DNA of 63,477 nucleotides, counting the filler, from Sluysia triapertura (Eukaryota): the NCBI GenBank assembly GCA_046118255.1. It is 5 parts of 5 records of this genome, joined end to end, with 100 filler letters (N's around TTAATTAATTAA, not from the genome) between each part and the next. Parts side by side here need not be neighbours in the genome. Positions count along the whole stretch, not along the records: positions 52,484 to 63,477 come from JBJNIA010190419.1; 4 more parts are not named here. One strand, written 5' to 3'. The notes beneath the pieces were generated by a model. It did not search any database and was not told the origin of the DNA. It was given only the letters and a program-made list of their open reading frames with translations. Each line of letters begins with the position of its first letter. Within the stretch, counting starts at the first letter, position 1. Position numbers and translations under genes: made by a program. Shown one piece after another: positions 54,711 through 63,477 of the stretch.

Positions 54711-55702
54711 CTCAAGTAAAATATACAATTCTGATATGTATCTATCAAGCGCAAATTATTTATCAGAAAACAATACACCTAGAATAATTTTGGTAGCCAC
54801 TCAGAAAGATATTTATGCTAAGATATTAACATACAAAATTAAATTATTTTCCGTTAAAATAAAATGTTGTATAATGGATTGGTGCGAAATTGAAACAAGA
54901 GCAAGTAAACAGGATTTCTATTAGTTTATCTTGCATTGATCTTGCCGAATACCAACTAATTAGCGTAATAATAACTATAGAACTAGAATATGACCCTCAG
55001 AGTGATTCCAGAACTATCTTGATACGGTATTACAATATAAGAACTAAACCATTTGTTTTCCGACAATCTTCAACAGTAATTGAGTTTCCAATGATCATAT
55101 ATCGCTATCTCGGAAATGTTATACGTATTCATAACCCGTTATACAATAACACGTTGATAATTGCGTACGAACTATCTGACGGTTTACGTTACGGAATGAT
55201 ATTGCCTAATGATACTGTTCGTCTATATCACATCGCGACTAATAGACTCATGTTTATCAAATTTTGGATATTGAGAAAAACAGAATTACATGATGTAAAA
55301 GGATTTTGGCCAGCAATAAGATATCACGATATACAACTGCCAATTATAGATAAGTACGAAAATGACACGAAATCACAAAAAACGTCCAAGAATGATAACG
55401 CTACAAATATATTTCATGATAGGAATAAGAATGTTAATTCTAATACAACCAATAGGAACAGAAGTACAAATGCGAATATCACCAGTATAATTATGACTGT
55501 AAGTAAGGAAAATATTGAGTACCCAATTATAGTGAAATCCAACAATAATTTGATCATAACTATAAACTACATTTTAATATTAATTTCTCTAGTAACATTA
55601 ATAATTAATTTTGTTATTCAAAAATTTTACATGTTTATTAGGCAAAGAGCCCATTTTTTCATATATGTTTTCAATACATATTGCATAATTGACCACATGT
55701 AA
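54707..55702 (+). pseudogene. Probable type I membrane glycoprotein (frameshifted N-terminus)
   Basis: Beta-rich ectodomain, stalk with NAT/NTT/NRS/NIT sequons, and C-terminal hydrophobic LIITINYILILISLVTLIINFVI. Confidence 0.5.
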
Positions 55703-55945
55703 TGGCATTCCCAATCATTTTGGGTCATATGTAATATTAAAATCATAATTAAAATTAATTTTGTAAATATATTAAGGATCGTGCATATGACTGTATGTGA
55801 TGGTTTACTATCATCTCGAGTCATGCACTAACTAAAATATTACTTAAAATTTTTTTTATATAAGTTTAAGATTTTTTAATTTTTCTAATATTATTTATTT
55901 ATTATCTTATTATACATTTTTATTTTTTAGTTAGAACAATCAGCA

Positions 55946-56393
55946 ATGTCTTTTTCCACATGTGCCATTTGTCTCCGTTCTCTTCACAAATACTTTTCTA
56001 AAACTTCCCCTTGCTTTCACCGCTTTCATTTCTTTTGTTTCTACCATCTCTTCGAATCCTCTCCATCACCTTTACCAAGTTGCCCCTTATGCAGAGCCAC
56101 TATTAATAAGTGCGACATTTATTACAAACGCTCCTTCCGACGGTCGTACGAATTAACAGACGACTCGGAAGAGCCCGGTATTGATGTATATCAACCGGCA
56201 TCGCCTATAAAGGAAAAGAGCCTTAGTAAGAATGGATGGGTAAGACCTCCCCCCTAACTTCTCATCAGGTTTATCCAAATCACAAAGACTCAACAGACGA
56301 AGGCGTCAATTAAAACATTTTTATAAGGAAAAGGAAACAAATATGTCTAAAGCTTCGAAACCTATTAATACCTTTTTAAAAAGAAAGAATTAG
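55946..56393 (+). CDS. Accessory RING-H2 protein with Arg-rich tail, copy B
   Basis: Complete C3H2C3 motif CAIC...PCFHRFHFFC...CPLCR. A 1-nt shift in the C-run at about 56250 continues into GLSKSQRLNRRRRQLKHFYK. Confidence 0.8.
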
Positions 56394-56507
56394 TTCTTCT
56401 TAACTTATTTTATTAGATTATTATATGATTTTAAAAATTGACAAAAATAGTTTACTTATTTAATTTATTTTTCTTGTATAATTTTTATTTTCCTTCCTTT
56501 TCTTTAG

Positions 56508-57937
56508 TCACATCCAAGCAAAATTACTTGACCAACAAAAATTTTTTTATGTATTTATCGACCGATACTGCCATGTAAGTATTACCCCTGCTTTTTTCTG
56601 TGACTCGGTCTCGACACCCAACACCTTAAAATCGGAACTTAATATCAATCTTGTAACCCATATATTTTCATTAAAATCCGAATCTCCATTTGTTTCGCTT
56701 GATGGTCTATCACAAGTCCCAGAAACTACTTAGTCGTTGCCAGAGGTGTTGTAAAAGTCACTTTAATAGACAACGGCGCGCCATTTCTGACTCGTGTTCA
56801 TGGCTTCACTTCGTTACACATTACTGATTTGGACAAGAATTGTAACGTGATAATTGAGGCAACAGAATACCCACTTCAATCGCACTGCTTTTCCATTTGC
56901 TTCCATCTACCTTCCAATTTTTTCTTCCAAATTTGTATAAAAATGATACAATAAACTTGGCACGCTGGCAGATCGGGACGTCTTTTACTCATGTTTCCCC
57001 GATGACTGCTTACGACGAAGATCGTCTAGTCTTTGTGGCTTATTCCTACACCCACGATTTTCTTAATCGCCCGCACTTAACTCAATTGTCTTGTACCCCT
57101 TATTCGAAATAGTTTCATACTGATATCAACATTAAACCTCGTCTCCGAATAAAGAATTTTTTGAGAGATCCAGGAGATCTCCGAGGCTAAGGATATTGAT
57201 GATGTCCGCCCCTTCTTACTGGGTCATCTGCACGATAAAATCATGGTGTCTTTGAACCCATGTTTTATCATTAAAAGCCTCGATTTGCCTTTTGGTTGGC
57301 TTAAGGGAGTCATTAACTTAACCAATCATAACCTACTTTCTTATACAACTGACGTTGCCATTTTACGTGGACGGCAAACCTTTAGATTATTATATCCCGT
57401 AACTGCTCACGGATGGCTTTTGAGTTGGTTTCACTTTTGGATCTAATCCGTGAGAGGGATTTGTCCCTCTTCCCTAACTGCTCTTTTTCTCCCTCTTCAC
57501 TCTTTTCTAATTCTAATACTACTAATAATATTTTCATGGCATCATCAACATCATCATCAGTATCAGTACCAACACCATCCTTAGTACCTGCGTCATCATC
57601 AACATCTATATTTCCATCATCAGTGACACCTATGTCGACAGCACCAACTACATCATCGTCAGCGAACCCCGCCAAACCTTCTGAGCCTCGACCGACCAAA
57701 CAACCTACTACTCGGTATCCATCACCAAGTCCTACCCATATACCATATGGCGAGAATACGTCCTTTAAACCTTGGAAGAAAGGACGATACCAATCCATGA
57801 CCAGCCTATCCGTCACCCTGGGACGACGACAGCGATGTCGATTTAGACAATTGATATGTTACTTTAACAGTTTCATGATGATTATATTCATGAATACTAT
57901 ATTCACTTTTTATTCACCTTTTATTATATTATCATGA
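56508..57937 (+). pseudogene. Accessory ORF-X, copy B, with Ser/Thr/Pro-rich tail
   Basis: Shares LKSE.N.N..TH.FSL, FTH.S..T, AKDI.D, P.GWL.G..NLTN and RG.Q...LLYP with copy A. Several frameshifts and stops. Confidence 0.75.
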
Positions 57938-59769
57938 TTTAACATTCTATTGACTTAGGTGATTCGATTCGAGACGAATATTCCCTGACGGGGAAGTAAA
58001 TGTAAATATTTAAATCATGTAAATTTAATTTGTAAATATTTAATAAATTACAATAATAATCATGTAAATTTAATTTGTAACGTAAATTTAATTTGTAAAT
58101 ATTTAATAAATTATAAATAATAAAATAAATACTTGGTCCATTATTGTTTATAATATATCAATGATGTTTCAAGTGTAATCGAATCATATGGATTTAAATA
58201 CCATATATATACTGATGATTATTATTATTATCAGCACAAAAAGGCAAACTTGCGAAAATAAAACATAATGTTAAAGAGAAAAATCAAAGGAAAATCAATT
58301 AGTTGAGAAGTATCCATTGATCAAATTTTTCTAAGATGCGATTAGACTATTTAGCTATTAAACATTTTGTCTGTGGTTATTGTGTAAAACATTTTTGCAC
58401 AGATTTCTTTGACAAATTAATCCTATTAATTTAAAAACAATTTGTATAAATTAACTTGTTGATACAAAATGAATTTTTATGATTATCAAAGAGAATTGTT
58501 TGATGTTTTTTGTCTTGCTAATTTAATCTATTAATAAGCAAAAGAAAGGGAATTGAAGAATAAAGTTCAGATGAAAATAAAGTTTGAATAAAGTTCAGCG
58601 ACTAAAAAATTTCAATAATTAAGAATTAATACACAAACAATATTATCACAAACAATAACAATATTATCAGCTATCATTTATTAAAATTACGTCAGTTACA
58701 TATTTATTATGATTATATTTTATTTATTTTATTACAAATTTATTATGACTTATGGTATTTTATTTTAAATATTATAGAATATTATTAATTTAAAAAAGTA
58801 TTTATAAAAATTCATTATTAAATATTTTAATATTACTTATCGACGTAAATAAATATTTGCTTATTTCAAATTTCAAAAAATGTGCTATTCTAAAAATATC
58901 TTTTCTTGTTTAAACATATCAATGAAAAAAATTAATAAACAAGATGGCGAAGATGAATATATAAACATTGGAATTTACAAGCAAAGGCACAATTTTTTGG
59001 ATAATAATTGTAACAATATCTTCGACCATATTCTTGCAAAAACAATTTCATGTCACAGTAAGGCTATTTGTTAATTTTTTTATTTATTTTTAAAATTAAA
59101 TCGTAACAGCATAAGAGTTAATTCTTAAAGCCAAAATCATTATTACTATTATAATTGTTTATAATTTTACTTAGTGTTTTACTTTGTAGATAATACATGT
59201 TTAAGATAGTAATAATTTTGTTTTTCTTTAATTAGTTAAATTACTGAATATACCTTGTCAGACCATAACAGGCTGACTTAAAATTTCATACTTTTTAAGT
59301 TACCTGCACTATAGAACTTGTAATTTGTTCGTCCAGTAATTTTCGCAGTTACTTCATTATATTTTCTTGCTTATTAAAATCCTAACTCGAATGCCTTCAT
59401 TCTGATATAAGCTGTATCAATTAGGTGTACTCACCTTCGGAAATTTTTCTGTAAGTTTAGATTAAGCTTCTACAAGATAAAATACTTGCATAAGTGTAAC
59501 GAATAAAGTTAGAAAGATAAAATTAAAATTACAACGTTTATTGCAATTAATATATTAAAGAATTTGTTCTTAAGTAGAATATTTAGAGAAAGAAGAGTCA
59601 AAAGTCATGAAGTTTGATCATTTTGTAAAGGTAAGAATTAAAGAGCAAAATTAAAATCAATACGTTAGACAAGTAAAACCTAAATGATATTTTAAAATAG
59701 AGTAGAGCAACAAAACATACTAAATAATTCACCAGGAGCATACACACTAAGAAACAAATATACAAAATA

Positions 59770-59888
59770 CAGTCAAACCTGCTATGTATAATTCTTGATT
59801 GTTTTGCAAAACAAAATATTTTAAAGCCATTTTCGAAGTTTCGACATATTTTTATGCACTTTTTATACAGTCCCTATAGCCTTGACTG
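59770..59888. mobile_element. Possible short pogo-like MITE
   Basis: TA-CAGTCAA...TTGACTG-TA ends. Confidence 0.4.
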
Positions 59889-60253
59889 TAATGAAAATAT
59901 TGAATGCGTGTTTTAAAAAATCAATACATTTTCAACTGATAATTAATGACATTGCTTTTGTATTAATTATTGATTCCAAATTGAAGTAATTTTAAATATT
60001 GTAATAGTTTTATTCAACAATCCAATTAACTGTTACTTTATGCTTGAATGACAGTTCTGAAATAATTTTTCATTAATTATGGTCGTTAAGATTATTCATA
60101 TAAGAAAGATTAACTTATTAAAGTTAAGTTAATTAATAAATTAAAATGTATTACTTATAATTTGGAATATATTTTATGAGTCACGTTATGATACAACTTT
60201 TTATTCACTTTTTTATTTGTTATTTTAATCTAAATATTGTGAATAAAAATCAT

Positions 60254-60400
60254 ATTAGGCGTACCGGAAAGTTCTGTCCGATAAAACAATATTAAGTTTC
60301 AACATATATTTTCATATTAATTCGTTAATTAAAAATTTGAATTGCCGAACTGTAAAAAGACCATCAGTGTCGATAAAACATTAACTTGGATACATTTTAC
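60254..60400 (-). mobile_element. Mariner element end
   Basis: TA-TTAGGCGTACCGGAAAGTTCTGTCCGAT TIR-like sequence, with an IDTDG C-terminal remnant on the minus strand. Confidence 0.45.
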
Positions 60401-62119
60401 AGTAATATTTCGCTGAAAAAGAAAAGTATGCATTAGGAAAGAAACAAGAAGATGAAAAGACATTTATAAATTATATGTATGGAAAATTTCTTGAACATTT
60501 AGAAAAGACGATTATAGTAGTAGAACAAGACTCAATTACAAATAAGCAAAATAGATAGAAAATATTGAAGAAATAATATCATTGCCAAACGTTTCCATTC
60601 ATAATATATGCAAACAGTAAGTTATATTCAGATTCCTTGTTCTTTTTCTTCCTCTTCTGCACAACACATTAACATACAACAAGAAACACAATCATCACAC
60701 AATATCTACAAACACACTGAAGAATACTATTATTTAAAATATATGTTCGTCATATGGAGTCTAAAAAATTGTTAACATATTAATGTTGAATTAATAAATG
60801 TTTGTAACATTATAAAACAAAATTGTCTTTAATTTAGTTGTGAAATTTATGTAATATACTTTTAATCACCGTTTTGCTGCAATATTTTGTCAGCAAGAAA
60901 CCAGCACTTATTAATCAAGTCAAATTATGACAAGTTCTTTTATATTATTCACTTTAAATTAATATTTTCTAACATTATACTTTTCATATAACAATCAACT
61001 TAAAGTTTTATATGATTTTCTCTCATTTTAAAAACTTCTAGCATAGAAAAACCATTTTTAATGTGCATATTTTGATTAAATCATTCCTACATTAAGGATT
61101 CGTTCTTTTTAAGTTTCTGGTTTAAAATAATAATTTCCTTTGTTATTTCCGTTAATTTATAATTTAATTTAATTTAATGTTTTAACATTGTTCATTAATT
61201 GTATATTTTATCACTTCAATCCAAACTTATTTTACAACACATATTTTAATTAGCAAATGTACTTTCATCGATTTTACACTTTATTGAAATAACATCTTAA
61301 GTATTCTTTATCATTCATAAAACATGGAAATATTGAACAGATTATTCATCGTATAACAGTTCCTGGATCTTTTCAAACCTTTCACATACCTTTATTTCAC
61401 TCCACTCCAGTTTCACCATTTATTACCATCAATATAATATATACTTCAAATAGCTACTCAAAAATTATTTAGTTATCTTTATTTTATTATATTTTTATTT
61501 AAAAAATTTATATACAATGACCTTCACGGTTACTTTTTTAATGTAAGAATAATATAGGTTATCTTTCATTAATTTTATACAAAGAAAATGCAAAGGTTAT
61601 GTACTGAAAGGTCTATCCTTTTTGTCTGGCATTTATGACAACATTAATAGCGGCTATTATAATTCGCTATTAGATTCGGAATTGTGATATTATTTCTGTA
61701 ATATGATGCAAAGGAACATCTCCAAATGAACATCCAATACGTCGGTAGCAATTGATGATCCATTTTAAACATCAAAATTTAAAGAGTTACATAAAACCTT
61801 TTCATGAGCTTGAGTCGACTTGTTCCTATAAAGAAGTAATAGATTTTAAGCACGAATACAAAACATTAAATATTAATTTTTCTTGTAAAATAATTAACAT
61901 TCAAAATGTGAAATTAACTGTATTAGAATTATTGGTAAATAAGTTGTGAGTGCGGTGTCAAATATAAAGCTTTACTATTCTTATAATTATTGTAATCAAT
62001 GGTAGATTAATAATTACATTATTAATTATTATTATTAAATTATTATTAATTCTATAATAATTATTATTACTATTATAATTAGTTTTATCAAATTCCGTAA
62101 TTATTTTTATTATTATTAA

Positions 62120-62341
62120 CATGTTCACAGACACAAAAATGTGTTGGATTCGTTATGTGACACATTGAATTTTGATTGATCAATATCGGTTTTTGCTTTA
62201 GTAATGTCAATTATAATAGTTTTAGTATTTCAATGTAATTATCTGTACTAATTAGCATGCGGCTATAACTGTCCTGTCAATAAGCGTAAGCGGAATGAAT
62301 GGCGAGAAAAACGGCTAGAGCCGTCGCTGTCTGTAAACAGG
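62120..62341. mobile_element. piggyBac-like MITE
   Basis: TTAA on both sides; TIRs CATGTTCACAGACA and TGTCTGTAAACAGG. Confidence 0.7.
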
Positions 62342-63477
62342 TTAATTTTAACTTCTAATCATTAACTCTATTCATAATTTCAATAACTGATATAATTATT
62401 TTTTATTATTAAATAAATTTCAAAAGTAATTTTAATTAAATTGAATTAATTATTAATTCTGCTTTTATTCTTAATTAAATTTTAGATCGCGAGACTTGAC
62501 ACTTGATGTCATCAATATCCTTGTAATTCATCATAACAAAATTAGGTATATTAACGAAACATGTTTTATATCCTAACTATTCAATCGTTAGATTGATGGA
62601 ATCATAACAATGATAATAATTAGGAATAATAAAATGAAAAAATAAATTTACTTAAAAAATTATGTAATCATTAAAATGAGTAGATAATAAATAATTATTT
62701 TTTATAAAAAAGAAATACAAGATTCCTATTTTTAATTTTTTGTATAGCTACTTAATTTAAAAAAAAAGTTTTCATAATAACATCAATTTTATGTGAAGGG
62801 AGAATTTTTTACCACACCTATAGGATGTGAACGCGTCCACAATTTAGAAGAATAACATGATGCTTTCTTTTGTAAATTCATCAGTTACAAATTTAATTTA
62901 GAATATTTCTAGGAATTTAACAATTTCATTCTTTAACTTTACAGTAATTGTGATATTTTATATGGATGTTATAATAATATAATGAATCATAAAATGATGA
63001 CTAAAATTCTTCTAAGCGATTTAAACGATTAAATGCTTTGACATTTTAGCTTCAATTAAAACATTTGTACTTTTTTTATGTTAACATTCTGATCGGAGTA
63101 CTGTTTGTATTTAATTGAATTTATTGTTGGTTAACGACTTATAGATTATTGGGAAAATGTGTTGAATAATATGAAATAAACATTTAATAAATTTGTCTAA
63201 TTAAAAAAATTAACATAAAAATTTAAAATGTTGTGAGTAATAACATAAGTAATAATTTGTTATAAGCATTAATCGCGAAAATAGAATAAGCAGTCAGACT
63301 GGAATTTTAAATTCACATAAATGTGACCCTCTGTCATGGAAACTATCTAGTTATTAAACTAAATCATATTAAGCTACATAGACAATTACTTAAGTACAAA
63401 TTCGAAGCTTATTTACTGTCGATTTAGTCAGAGGCTCGTTTTAAGTCGTATACTGTAACTAAACCCTACTAAAATTT

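Larger units (their letters stand above)
54100..58130 (+). mobile_element. Complex LTR-retroelement copy B, 3' part: two membrane-protein ORFs, RING gene, ORF-X, PPT, putative LTR start
   Basis: Same RING/ORF-X cassette as copy A. ATTCG-AGA-CGAAT hairpin, GACGGGGAAG purine tract and TGTAAA at 58001. Confidence 0.62.

Noticed and set aside
58170-58220. IESYGFKYHIYTDD as the missing RT of copy B
   Set aside because: It resembles an L2/CR1 LINE YADD context, is tiny, and lies beyond the PPT, so it is probably an unrelated fragment.

Overview
Very AT-rich, repeat-dense eukaryotic (metazoan-type) genomic DNA. It consists of five contigs joined by identical artificial spacers (44 N + TTAATTAATTAA + 44 N), so adjacency across gaps is not evidence. 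Host genes: an intact PRPF38A with two 36-nt introns, internal exons of a UBR3-like N-recognin E3 ligase, and the probable 3' exons of a domino/SRCAP-type remodeller. Most of the rest is decayed transposon DNA (mariner, Tc1/DUF4817, pogo, piggyBac-like MITEs, an L2/CR1 LINE, an RT-less Gypsy element), plus pseudogene fragments of NDOR1 and an Unkempt-type CCCH finger. The main candidate for an undescribed system is two diverged copies of a complex LTR-retroelement-like unit at about 41.2-48.7 kb and 54.1-58.1 kb. Both carry the same accessory cassette just upstream of a polypurine tract: a small RING-H2 protein with an arginine-rich tail, then an unrecognised ORF-X of about 330-470 aa. Each cassette gene sits behind a T-rich tract ending in a splice-acceptor-like AG. 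One copy also has a 1.45-kb ATG-poor, TAAGTT-rich leader and gag; the other has two single-pass membrane protein ORFs, one with a PPxY motif. All family assignments come from recognising motifs by eye; no searches were run.
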